A stretch of DNA of 64,000 nucleotides from Gordius albopunctatus (lineage: Eukaryota). Within the stretch, counting starts at the first letter, position 1. Every line of letters starts with the position of its first letter. The stretch lies in the NCBI GenBank assembly GCA_964276515.1, contig OZ193909.1:10974001-11038000 (forward strand), in the 5' to 3' direction. Below the pieces are notes generated by a model. It was not told the DNA's origin. It saw only the letters and a program-made list of their open reading frames with translations, and ran no database searches. Shown one piece after another: positions 24,390 through 40,250 of this stretch. A program made the position numbers and the translations under genes.

Positions 24390-26602
24390 TTTTTGCTTAA
24401 ACTAAATATTAGAGATCATATGGTATAAATTTACGCACTAGGAAATTTTATGCCATTTTATCTATTATAACAAAATAGTTTTTGTTCTCCCCGGAATTGA
24501 TATCGCTTAAATACTAGTTTACTCTAAAAATAAGAGTGAAGCAGATTGACCCCCTCCCCCCATTATAAGGAAAGTTAACCTCTACCCCTCTACAAAAATG
24601 GTCTTATTTATAACCATTAATTCATCTACGAACTCACTTCTAATATATTAACAATATACAAAACACAACTACGCTTGCTTCGTATAATTTTCATATCTGC
24701 CAATTTATTAATTTTTAAAATTCGTTACTAAATCCGTCTCATTCCTCCCCAACTTTTAATCCCTTATACTCAAATTAAAATGATCCTAAAATTGGCTTCT
24801 CTCAATACTCAAACCTTAAGAGAACCAGGAACGCTACAGAGCCTTACTTTATTTGCCTCCCACCACAGAATTCATATTCTCTGTGTTCAGCAAACAAGAT
24901 ATTCACATCGCAAAGTTCTCCCCGTTAACGAGTATAATTGCTATTGCACGGAATGCGGCCTTGAGCCTGCATCAGGGGTAGAAATTTTTATAAAAAAGTA
25001 CCTCAAAGTGATTAGCATCGACTATGTGAACAACAGATTATTAATCATTCACTTAAAAATAAAAAATTGTTGTTTATCAATTTTTAACATATACGCTCCC
25101 CCCTCTTCCGAAAATTCTCAATCGATGGAATCCCTCCTCCAAAACATCACAGATAAATTTAACACTAAACACCTTAAAATCCTCGTCGGTGACTTCAATG
25201 CTTCCGTCCAGCGCACACTGGGGGATAATAAATTAATAATTGGCCCAAACTCAATTGGACCGACTAACCGAAACGGTAAACTGCTTAAAAAATTCTGCTG
25301 TAAACATAAACTAAAGATAACCTCAACCTTTTCCGACCTTCCTCTGAATAACCTAATCACATACCAAAAGAATGAAAATCACCGAGGTACCCAAATGGAT
25401 CATATAATAGGCTAACTAAGAAACCACAAAATGATAAATAACTTCCACACCTTTCAGCCTCTAATAAAAACAGATCACTTTGTCATCTCAGCTGATCTCT
25501 TTATTAATCCCTCCTCTCTCCACACGTCAAAAAACATAAAAAAATACCCATCTCGAGCAAACATAATCAGAGACATCTCTCAACTTGAGTCCAGATTACA
25601 AACAGACTCGAAGGCACTTGGCGATCTTGCCCTCCTCTCAGTCAATGACCACAATGACACCTTAGCACAGTTTTTCACTCCATCCCAGAATGACCATCTC
25701 CATGTCAACATTAAGTCCTGGTTCTCCATCGATACCATTAATCTACTCGAGTCCCGGTATAAAGTCTTTAAGGATAAGACACTTAGAAATAAAAAAGCAT
25801 GGGTCCAACATCTCACTAAAAAGATTAAAGCGGCAATAAAAAAGGACAAGGCTAATTACTTATCAAGCAAACTAAATGAAGCAGAATCTGCTGCTCGCAC
25901 AAGCAGCACACACACCCTTTACAAAGTGCTCGGGAACATCACCGCAAAATTTTCAGACAAATATAACTGCAACACAATACAAAACAAACATAGCTCCAAC
26001 GATTCCTTGATCAAACGGAGGCTAGGGAGAGCCACTTTAGTTCCATTCTAGATCACCCTTATTCAATCCCCTGTTCCGACATATTCCTTGAATTCATTAA
26101 TAACTTCAAAACACCCTTCACCCCTTCTATCAGTGTTGAACCACCCTCCTTAAATGAAATAAAATACGTATTAAAATCCCTCAAACTTTATAAAGCTCCC
26201 GATGCAGAAAAAATCACAGCGGAAGCCCTTAAAGCTGATTACTCCCTGTCTAGCAAACTATTGAATCAACTCTTCACTAAAATCTGGCTACAAGAGATCA
26301 TCCCCCACGCTTGGTCTACTGGTCTACTTAGTAAAATCTATAAAAAGGGAGACCCGTCCCTTCCCGATAATTATAGAGGGATCACAATTATAAATAACAT
26401 TTCCAAGGTTTTTATAAAATTAATATATAGGAGGATATATTCATTGACGATAATTTAAAAAGTAACCAAGCCGGCTTCCGTAAGTCCAAAACCACAATTT
26501 AACACATGCTTACCCTCAAAAATATTATTGACATCTCCTCTAAATCTAAATCTCCTTTAGTCCTAACATTTGTCGACATTCATAAAGCTTTCGACTCCCT
26601 AT

Positions 26603-28205
26603 TAGAGGTCTGCATGGGCAGAAATTTCAGGGTCAGGCCCGGCCCATACCCACAAAAATATATTTTTTTACCCATACCCGCCCCGCAAAAAAACAACAAA
26701 AAATGCGCCGCATCCGGCCCGCACGAGAAAAAAGCTTCAGTGTTTTCAAAAAAATTTATTTGTATAGAAAAAATTTTTGATGTATGAAAAAAAATTTTAT
26801 AGCATATAAAAACGATATTAATAAAAAAATTATAATTCAATATTGTGATTTAAAAATAATAAACTGTCTATTATATCAGGTAGTAGTGTTGTTCTTCTTT
26901 GTTCTATTAGGCGACTTGCCTTACTAAACGTGCGTTCACTTGTAGCGCTTGTGGCTGGAATTGCCAAAAACTGTACAGCTAACTTGTCAAATTAGGTAGG
27001 ATAAGTTCGTGTTCTTTCCACCTGAAATAACATCAAGCTCATCATCTTCCGGTTTAAGATTTAATTTAACATAAGTATCAACTTCATTGCTCTCCTCAAT
27101 CTGCTCTCTTTCATCGTCCCCCAGAACGGAGATATACATATCGACTTCATCAATAGCTAATTGCCTACATACCTTAGCTGAATTGTTCATAGATCGACGA
27201 CTGATGCAAGAAGAGCTAGGATCTTCTTGCATTAATTTATTTAAAGTTTGTGTTACCATAGTTTTAACAAGAATTTTTTCATCCTCAGGTAACATTTTGA
27301 GGGTGCGGAATTTTGGAGCCAGAAATGTTGATATCTTATGATATACATCAATTTCGAACTTTGAGGTCAGCATAGTTTTAGCCCTGTTTTTTAATTTATA
27401 AATTTCTAATTCAACAGGATCACTATTAGTAGGAGATGGAGGCGTATTTGGTATGGCTTTTAAAGATGTATAATAGGGTAAAACTTTATACAATGTTGGC
27501 TTCAATGAAATACTTGAACGAATTTTAAGCAATCTAAGAAATTTTAAATATAAGATTTTTTTAAACTTTTTTAAAAATAAATTTTAGTAATTAACTTTTC
27601 TATTCCATCGGAATTATTTACTTTTGGAGATTCCATTTAATCAAATATATTCAAAGCTAGAGCTAAGTAATTGTTATATAATATGTAATAATAATTTACT
27701 TTATTAAAACTATTGCAAGCTAATTAGCAATGTTGATATTATAAGTTTGTAATAAGTAGGAGAAGTGTAGCTAAAACTAATTAATTATAAAATAAAATTT
27801 TTTAATGAATTACCTTAAAGCTTAAAACAACTTCAATGAGATCTTGGAACAAATATTAAGCAATCTAAGAATTTGAAAAGCGAGGGAAATAATAAACAAT
27901 GAATTAAATTAATTTACTTAATTAGCGAAAAATATAATATTAAATTTTCCGTCAAAATAATACTGTTTAAATAGCAAATTTTTGTTAGAAAAAATAAATT
28001 TTTTATCATTAAGATAATAAATGAATTTTGTTGTGTCAATACTATAATGATAGTATAGAGTTTAATATATTTAAATTTTTTCACTTATCAAAGCCCAAGC
28101 CCGGCCCGCACTTTTTTTTTAGTGCTCATTTTCAGGTCCGGCCCGGCCCGCGGGCCGGGCTTGGGCCTGCGGGTCGCGGGCCGGTCCGGCCCCTGCAGAC
28201 CTCTA
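26603..28205 (-). mobile_element. Deleted hAT transposon inserted in the LINE RT
   Basis: TIRs TAGAGGTCTGCA / TGCAGACCTCTA; 8-bp TSD CTCCCTAT; GC-rich GGCCCG subterminal repeats; minus-strand hAT C-terminal remnant (FLAPKFRTLKML, NEVDTY, LAIPATSATSERTFS). Confidence 0.92.
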
Positions 28206-28647
28206 CTCCCTATCCCACCTTTACATATGGGAATCTTTATGTCTACTAGGAATCCCCCAAAAAATTATTAGACTTATCTTCTTTCTCTACAAAGACATGA
28301 AAGTGGTCATAAAACATCTACACCACCGCTCAAACCCAATCCAAGTCAATTCAGGAGTTAGACAGGGATGTCCATTATCTCCTCTACTATTTATCACGGC
28401 AATGGATCTCATATAATTAGAAGATCCACCCTTCCTTACGACGGTATCCACATGAACGACATCAAAGTGTCTTCACTGCTATTTGCTGACGATTTATGCA
28501 TCATATCGGATTCAACTCTCAAAACTCAGAAGTTTGCCGATAGATTCGTCTTAGAATCCAAGAAAGCCGGTTTAATAATTAACTCTAACAAGACTAACTT
28601 ATTATCTATTAACATACCCTACCAAAATACTACATTGTCTATTAGCA

Positions 28648-28803
28648 TTGCTAATAGACAATCAAAACCTAGGTTTTGATCAGGCAACCTGAGGGTTCAG
28701 GCTCGGGCGTTCTAAAACCTTGTAAGGTTTTTGAACACCCGAACCTAAAACCGACCTGAGGTTGGACCTCGGGAAAACCTGACCTAGGTTTTGATCATCA
28801 CTA
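28648..28803. mobile_element. hAT-type MITE with a damaged left end, inserted in the LINE RT
   Basis: Right end GATCATCACTA; ATTAGCA duplicated on both sides; AAACCTAGGTTT/ACCTGAGG motifs resembling those of the element at 51909-56089. Confidence 0.7.
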
Positions 28804-29286
28804 ATTAGCAACACTATAATCCCTTTTTCAGATTCAATAAACTACTTAGGAGTTCTTCTTTCTTTAGACAAATACTCCTACCAAGATGCCTCTAATAAAT
28901 TTTCTAAAGCTCTAAGGAGTTTTTATTCATGCTATTCAATCTGGAAATCCAACGAACTGGCTCTACCGACCCGCCTTCGGCTGTTCAAAACCAACATATT
29001 ACCTATATTCCTCTATGGATGCGAAACATGGTCCCTAAAAGGTTCGACCATAAAAGCGGCCCAAACTAAACTAAATAAAATGCTCAGAATAATTTGTAAA
29101 ATATTCTACCCTGAGGTAATTAGCAATCCAAACCTCTGGACCCTTTGCGAAATCCCTCCCATAAAAAACATAATTATATCACGGAAATGGAACTTCCTAG
29201 CCCACCAGACTAGACGCAATGGACTCAACATTTGCTTAAGAGAAATTCTATGGAGACCCTCTCAACTAAAAAAAACTAAAATGTCG

Positions 29287-29390
29287 AGGTTCCTGGATCC
29301 ACAAAACTTTTTTGTAACTCCTCTCTCTTAACCACGAAAGGTTCCTGGATCCACAAAACTTTTTTGTAACTCCTCTCTCTTAACCACGAA
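29287..29390. repeat. 52-bp perfect tandem duplication inside the LINE
   Basis: The unit AGGTTCCTGGATCCAC...CTCTCTTAACCACGAA occurs twice in tandem. Confidence 0.9.
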
Positions 29391-30038
29391 TAGAATACTA
29401 TAATCCCCATAATGCAAAACAGATCCGCTTGGAAAGCCTTTTCTGTCTCCAATTTCCCTTCAAAATATCCCCTCCCAATCGCCTCAACTTCGAGCTGTCT
29501 CTGAAGCCTACAACATCCAAAATAAATGATCAGATCTATCCCTGAGACCGAGGGCGACCCATAAACTAGCTAACCACGAATAGATACTTTCTTTCCACAC
29601 CATCTAACCATGAACCCGAGTCTGACGCACAAACTAGCAAACAATGGAAAGCCTGCAAGTCCTCTTGCCAGAATAAGGAATGGTGGTATCTTATATTTAT
29701 ATGCTTATACTATTATACTTTTACTATTAGCTTGCACGGTCTGCTTTTACTTTATTGCTTCCGGCTACTAGAAATACTGATCTTCGCTTTAACACACTAA
29801 CCACTAACCTACTAACAACTGAACACGTAACCTCTGGTTAGCGTGGCCCGAGATGCACATATGGTGTCAGATGGGACTCAATCTTAGCTTGCCGATTTAG
29901 CTAAGCTCTTGTTTGTCATCGGGGCGTGTATGTATGTATGTATGTATGTATGTATGTATCTACATACATACATACTATATTAGTAATATACTATATTTAA
30001 ATATATACATACATACATACATATACATACTACATATA

Positions 30039-30728
30039 TACATACATACATACATACATACATACATACATACATACATACATACATACATACATACATA
30101 CATACATACATACATACATACATACATACATACATACATACATACATACATACATACATACATACATACATACATACATACATACATACATACATACATA
30201 CATACATACATACATACATACATACATACATACATACATACATACATACATACATACATACATACATACATACATACATACATACATACATACATACATA
30301 CATACATACATACATACATACATACATACATACATACATACATACATACATACATACATACATACATACATACATACATACATACATACATACATACATA
30401 CATACATACATACATACATACATACATACATACATACATACATACATACATACATACATACATACATACATACATACATACATACATACATACATACATA
30501 CATACATACATACATACATACATACATACATACATACATACATACATACATACATACATACATACATACATACATACATACATACATACATACATACATA
30601 CATACATACATACATACATACATACATACATACATACATACATACATACATACATACATACATACATACATACATACATACATACATACATACATACATA
30701 CATACATACATACATACATACATACATA
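30039..30728. repeat. (CATA)n microsatellite
   Basis: Pure tetranucleotide array of ~690 bp, preceded by degenerate units from 29961. Confidence 0.98.
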
Positions 30729-30959
30729 ATCTCATGCTTTAGATTTAATCTATTGCGGTGCTTTTGAAATCGTTAAGCGGGTGCTAAAAAATCTCGAGCC
30801 ACCTTAGCTTAACTAGTTTAATTATTCAAACTGATTAACACCCATTTATAATTACCGCATTATGCAGGATGAATAACTGCGAAATATAAATATGCTTTGT
30901 TTATATATTTACTATTCAATCAGAACTCATTCTAGGCCTATAATTTTGTAATATTTAAT

Positions 30960-31570
30960 AATGCTATGGATTTAAATATGTGATAAAGATATTATAAAAT
31001 TATTTACATACCCTAAGGATCAACCATACTTAGGTAAATCCTGCAAAAAATATAATATTTACAGGAATTTTTTTAATGTCAAATATATTCCATACGTATT
31101 AATTTAAACTTAATACCTTAAATGTAAATCATGCAAATTAAAATACACAATAATTTACTAAAATATAACGATAAAAAAGTCGAGATCTCGCCGATAAAAT
31201 CTCGTCTCGTCTCGACATCAAAATTCTCGTCTCGATCTCGACTCCATCTTTTGAATTCTCGTCTCGTCTCGTCTCGTTTTTCTCGGTTTTTCCGCATCAC
31301 TAATGCTATGGATACAAATATGTGATAAATATATTATAAAATTCTTCGCATACGCTAAGAATCAACCATGCTTGGGTAAATGATTGCCAAATTTCCAATT
31401 TTTTGCAAAAATATATAATATTTATTACGCTTAGAAATTTTTTAAATATCAAATATATTCCATACATATTGATCTACACTTAATACCTTAAATGTAAATC
31501 ATGCTAATTAAAACACACAATAATTTAATAAAATCTAACGATCAATAAAAAGTCGAGTCCGCATCACTAA
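30960..31570. repeat. Diverged tandem duplication (~270-340 bp); each copy ends in a MITE-like end (CCGCATCACTA)
   Basis: ATGCTATGGAT..AATATGTGATAAA..TAATACCTTAAATGTAAATCATGC is repeated; GTCTCG repeats at 31180-31290 are related to those at 10311 and 11030. Confidence 0.6.
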
Positions 31571-32227
31571 TACTTTCCCCTGAGCGACAATATCTAAAGA
31601 CTGAAGTTATTACTAACCGCACATTTAATTTGATCTGATCATCACCATCATTAACAATCCTGATTCAACACTATAAAACTGCAAAAAAGTTAAATCTATA
31701 TTATTCATATCAACTTTCCCTATCTTTATCTAAAATATTTCTTGTTTTATTATACCACAGTTAAAATATAACTAACATCATGCGAATTAATATTTAAAAG
31801 CACTCGATATGTTTAAAATGATGTTCGGGATTGACTAATGGAGATAGAGCAAGGTAGAGAAAAATAAAAACCTTTATAACGAAGCAAAAAGAAAAATTTT
31901 TACATTATTAAAAATTTTATGATAAACATGAAATTCTATCGAATAGCACTTTTACTTTTGCAGATAGAGAATAAATGTTTTAATCTCAATAAGCTCAAAA
32001 ACACTATTGGTTCATTAGCAGTTCGTCCTTGTCTTGCATATACAGTCGAAATTGCAGTAATAATCGTATAAATAAGAAAGTTTTTAAGTGATAAGTAACT
32101 ACGACGCTTTGGACATATAACTATCATAAAGAAAGCTAAATTTGCCTATAAATGGTAATCGGATAAATGTAAATTATCGGATAAGTGGTCAAAACTTAAG
32201 TTAAATTTATAATTTTTGATAATACTC

Positions 32228-34680
<2,453 letters not shown>

Positions 34681-37099
34681 TAATGTTCAATACTTATTAT
34701 TATCATTATTAATCATTATTATAAATAAGATTTACTTATTTAGTAGATCTGGAATGAATAAGAAACCCCCTCTAATTTGATAAATTAAAAAATTTATATA
34801 TATCTAAAGTTTTAAGTGAAGTAAAGTTAAAAAAATAGAGTTTAAGATAGTGCAGCTTAATTTCCAAAGTGCCTATAATAACTTATGTTCAGGAAAGGAC
34901 ATTATTTATAAATCAACCTATTAATTTAGAAAAGTACAGGAGTAACTAGTTTCATTGAAAATTTTCGCAGAAATAATTTTAGTGCATTAAAATTCTTGTT
35001 GATTAGTATAAAACAATTTTCTAATGATTTGAGAGTTAAAAATTATAGTTTTAGTATAAATACGCATTTTATTAAATAATATAATTAAATATTTTTAAAG
35101 ATGAATCAGGTTTGTTTTAAAACTGAAAGCAAAAGTACTTTTAAATACGGGATTAAAGGATGGATGGGTTAGAAATTTGAATAGTTTTCCATATTATATT
35201 ATCTTAAGAATTTGAATTTATTTTATCTAAGCGGTTTAGGCATTTATGCGTTTATTAATTCAGCGAAATAAACTCCGATATTATAAATGCGATGCATAAT
35301 GCGAAAAAATCTACATTTTTTATATCGTAAGAGGCGCCCACGCAGATGGTGCGTATTTTTAAAAATCACAAATAATAAAAGCAGGAGTGGTACCAATACA
35401 TAACTGGTTTGGACATTTCTAATTTTTGCCAATGTTAACAAGGCGTCTCTACGAGCTCAAATATCTGGCACAAATATTTAACCCATTTTAAATAATTCGC
35501 TGTTTTTTTATTAATTACTAACTATCTTTATTTAACCGAGTAAAGTAATGTACAAGCGATATTAATGACACGTTGCACATTATTATAGAGAGTTTTAAAT
35601 AGACCATGGTCTAGCATATTATTATTATTATTTAGAAAACAATTCAAATAAATCGGGAGGGAAAATATTTTGTATAAGATTATTTAAATTTGAGTCATTT
35701 CGAGATAGGAATACCATGACAAAATTAGAGACTTTTTGGTACTGAAACAAAACCCTTAAAAATTCATATATAATAGATTAAAAAACTTTGATTTTATAAT
35801 TAATACTAGTGGAGTACAATGTGCAATGAATTATAGGGATATAAGTTGATAAATTATTTACTATTTATCCCTAAAAAATTAAAAGTATAACTAGTTCCTA
35901 AGAAGTTCATTACGTCAATTATTCGATTTCGCAAATACATAAACAACAAAGATGGGAATTTCTTTCAACAATCTTGTCAATAGAGCTTGGCCTGACCCGG
36001 ATGGATTTTGGGGAATTAGGACAAAAATATAGGATAATCGTCCTCCGGGTGGGACTGATCCCAATTGAGCCAATAAATCATGGTTTTAAAATTAACAAAA
36101 TTTTATTTTAGATTAATATAGCGTTCTGCAACGGACCTGTTTGGGTGAGTCGACCCGCTCCTTATAAAAATTTACGAACCCGGGCCTGGCCCAGGCCCGT
36201 TAAAATTTTTAATTATAGGCCCGGGCCCGGCCCGCTAATTTTATACGAAGCCCGGCCCGAGCCCGTATAAAAAATTTTAGATTGTTATTTTTTAGCGAAG
36301 GTTTGAACAATATATATATAGTGTCAAAAATGTTAATGATAATGATTTAAGAATAAAAATTATCGATAACTTTCGGTCAGACGGGTTTTAAATAAGAGGC
36401 GTCCTCCAAGTAAACAATTCCTTTCACTAGTGACACTTGTAGTCTAAATTAGAGCCCTGCAAAGTCCCTTTGTTTTAACCCGAACTCGTCCGCCCAGAAA
36501 GCATTCGAATATTTTCAGCCCCAACCCGACCTAAAAGCGTTTTAAATTTTTTAACCCCAACCCCACCCGAAAGCGTTATAAATTTTTTAACTCGAACCCG
36601 ACACAAAAGTAAAAAAAAGTTATTATAAAATGGATTTTAATGGTTTTAAATGGCAACAAAATATTTTCTCCCCCAAAAAGAGCTCAAAACGTTATATGTC
36701 TGTTGTCATTTTCGAAGATAGGGATATATATAGTCAAATTAGTCTCTAATTAAAATTGCCTATAGATGGCGCTTATTAGAGTGTACCTTTAAGTTTATTG
36801 CGGGACTCCTGAAAGGGGTTATTATTATCTTCTTCATATTATAATTTAAAGAAGATAATAACAAACCCGTAATTTATTAATTTAGTTCACATATAAAATG
36901 CAGATATTCTTACATTTCTACTAAATTAAAATGAGTCTGTCTGTATAAGAGATCTACAACGGGCCTCTTTAGGTCTCATATTCAAAACCATATATGACGA
37001 TACTATTAAAAATATTAAGGTTATAGTGTTTTAAAGTTACTTGGCTTCTTTGTTTTTCCATTATATTTAATATTTTAGTTTATTGTTATAGAATGAAAA

Positions 37100-40000
37100 T
37101 CAAAGGCCCCAGGATCGGAAATTCGGATTCCGGCTTCTTGTCCCATTTCCTCTGACCCCATAGCATGTTATACGAGCCAATCAATTACAAGTCCGGTAAC
37201 GTCCTTATTATCACCACCTACACCCTCACGTTCGATCACCCCACCCGCATACGCCCAAGTAGTTGTTGCCAACACAGGCAACAAACCAACAATTAGGAAA
37301 GCCCAATCTCCCCCCAGGAATATGGCCGATCAGCTCCTTGCCTACATTACAAGAGTCGACATAGTGAGGGCTGCTACAGAAAAAATGAGAAAAAAAATCC
37401 CTATCTTCCGCTACAGTAAGAAACAAACCTAGGCAGCCCAAACCACTTCCCACATTAATTGCGGCATCCACAAATCTGGTGGTGATAAGAAATTCGTTTT
37501 CACCACTTGAGGTTGAACCAATGCAGATTTTCGAAGATGCAACCGATCAACCAAGGTTGGCATTATCCCACACGGACGAAATTTCCCTCTCTCAATTTTT
37601 TCAGGAGCTCGGCAATATTGGGAGACTTTTCAAGGACTTTTTGGACGAATCACGGCTGAGGCTTGCCGATTAGTTAAGATCAAGCCCCCACGCCGCAGAC
37701 GCAACGCACCAACGTTGGATGTGACGGTTGCCAAAGTCATGCAAAGCCTCTATAAGCGAAAGGGGAGGAATGCGTCCGTTTAATTCTGGATGGTGATTCT
37801 CCCCGATGCCAATTAGAGGTAAACACGGTCGAGGGTTTTTACAAACAACTTATTGGTAGCGAGCGTGAAACTGACCCATCAATGTTTGATATTCCACCTC
37901 AACTCACCGAACCCCTCAAACTGCCCCCTTTTCTTCCAAAAGAAGTCTTATCCAAAGTCGAATGGACAGAGAATACTGCTCCTGTCTCGGATAGAAACAC
38001 ATATGCAAACTGGCTTCGCCTGGATCCATGCGGAAAGTTGCTGGCGGCTATCTTTAATATTTTCCTCAAGTACCACCACATCCCGGACGCCTGAAAAGTT
38101 GCAGTTTATATCCTTGTCCACAAAAAGGGAGATTTGGGGGACATCAAAAACTGGAGGCCAATCACAATGAGTTGTACAATTTACAAACTCTACACCGGCC
38201 TCTTGTGTCAAAGGTCGTCTCGGTGGCTGGAAAGCAATGAAGCCCTAAGTCCTGCTCAAAAGGGATTTATGCCATTCGACGGTGTCTTAGAACATAACTA
38301 CGTTCTTCATCGAACCTTATAACAAGCTAAATTCCATAGGAGGGACGTCTACGTTTCTTGGGTGGACTTTGCCAGCGCATTTTCAACAGTCCCGCATCAG
38401 GCCCTCGCCCTCTCACTTGAGGACATCGGGGTTGGTCCCGAACTGGTAGCAATCGTTCGTGACATCTACACCAACTCGTCTACGACCTTTTCTGCCAAGG
38501 AGGGCAGGACAGCTACGATTCCAATCAAATCAGGTATAAAACAGGGATGCCCGCTGTCGGGGCTCCTTTTCAATATTGCAGTGGATCCCATCTTGAGGAG
38601 TCTGCAGTCCGGGCACCTTGATTCCCGCCTACTGGTCTATGCCGACAACCTGTTGCTGCTGGCTCCTTGCCAGTCCGACCTCACGGCTTCACTGGAAATA
38701 GTTGCATTCATGTCGCAGCGATTGGGCTTAACCATCAACTCCTCAAAATGCGTCACTCTCCACGCTAAGGGAACTCCTTATGGAACTGTCCCGACCCAAT
38801 TCTTCCTGGCAAATATGGAAGAAAGGAAGAATGTCGCTGAGAGTTTAATGACGTCGTGTCTTACTCCGTGGCAGCGAGCAGACGCTCTGAAGACATTCTT
38901 CTTTTCTACGTTGACTCACTCCATGAGAATGGAGTCCCACACCAAAAGCGACTGGGCGGGTTTGGACAAATTCCTACGTCCCCTCCTTAGGAATAATTGT
39001 AATCTAACCGTCCATTCGGCCAATGGCTACTTCTATAGGTCTTCGAAAAAGGGGGCTCTGGGACTTTCTCAGTGCGCTATTGATTCGGATATTTTTTCGG
39101 TCGACAACGCCTTCAAACTCCTTACCTCCCGCGATCCAAGGGTAAAGGATCTAGCCAGATCCGACCTGGAGGCCACCATTACTCGCCGACTAAGGGAAGT
39201 AGTGTTATCACATCAGAGGCTCTCGGGAAATTCCTATCCGGGTTCAATGGACAGACAAACCGTTTTGCTAACACTTGGATAATGGCAAGGAGGGCCTCCA
39301 GTCAAATCGGTCTCTCCTGGGAATTCACCGACGACGCCATCTTCATCACCAAGGGCCACCTTCGAATGGATCCAAACATGAGAAGAAAGCTCGTGAATTC
39401 CCTTCGCACTTACAAGAGAGACCGATTAGCTGACGAACTTATATCTCTCCCCGATCAAGGCAAGGTTATGGAGTGCGTTGCTGATCACCCGGCCAGCCAT
39501 CAATTCGTGCGTGACGGACGGTATACACGATTTGCTGACTGGTGCTTCATCCATCGGGCGAGGCTCAACCAACTGCCCCTGAAGGGTGCTATGAGCAACC
39601 GAGGGAAAGACAAAAAGTGTCGGCGATGCGGGATGGCTGATGAAACGCTATCTCATGTCCTGGACCATTGCATGAAGTATTATGCTTCCTACACCAAGCG
39701 GCACAATCTTGTGGTCAATAGACTCAAGGATGTCGCCAAAAAGACTTATCAGGTGGTATGAGACAACACGACGTTCAATGGTTCAGGACTAGCCCGGACT
39801 TGGTCATTGCCAAAGGAACCGAGGCCATAATTATCAACATAGCCATGCCTTTGACAACCGCATCGTCGCCTTGGATATCGCCCGTCAAACCAAGATTCAC
39901 AAGTACGACGGTGTTCGCCAAAACGGTATCGGTCGAGCCCATCATCTTAGGAGCTTTGGGATCATCGTTAATCCGCAAACTTTGCGCCAAAAACTATGCC

Positions 40001-40250
40001 ATGACAATGCGCCGACTGATGGTTGCAGATGTCATCCATATGTCACGGAATATTTACGTCCATCACGTATCCAACATCCCCCAAGAAACTTAACATGCTA
40101 ACCCCCCTCCCCCTCACATCGAATCTCTCGCGTTTGTCACCTCATATTTTGTTCTCAACGTCTATATTTCAACTTCATATACATATGTTTTCTTTTTATA
40201 GCAACTTAACACGCTAGTTATATTTTTATATACATTTTCTTGAAACTCAA
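37100..40250 (+). mobile_element. Degraded NeSL/Utopia-like (R2-group) RLE non-LTR retrotransposon
   Basis: RT: ENTAP..D..Y, KKGD..NWRPIT, AQKGFMPFDGVLEHN, DFASAF, GIKQGCPLSGLLFN, YADNL. C-terminal FIHRARLN, CCHC knuckle CRRCG..ETLSHVLDHC, RHN, and PDLV RLE region. Multiple stops/frameshifts; boundaries approximate. Confidence 0.88.

Larger units (their letters stand above)
24780..29959 (+). mobile_element. Near full-length RTE-clade LINE (APE + RT), inactivated and interrupted by two DNA-transposon insertions; 3' stem-loop and (TGTA)n tail
   Basis: APE motifs SLNT, NIYAP, GDFNA, MDHI, TDH. RT motifs KKGD..NYRGIT, KAFDS, GVRQGCPLSPLLF, LLFADD. RTE-type C-terminus LYGCETW..MLRII..ISN..RKWNFLAH. 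Stops and frameshifts are present. Confidence 0.9.

Noticed and set aside
29913..30767. HTYI/MYVC-repeat ORFs of up to 284 aa
   Set aside because: Microsatellite artefacts.
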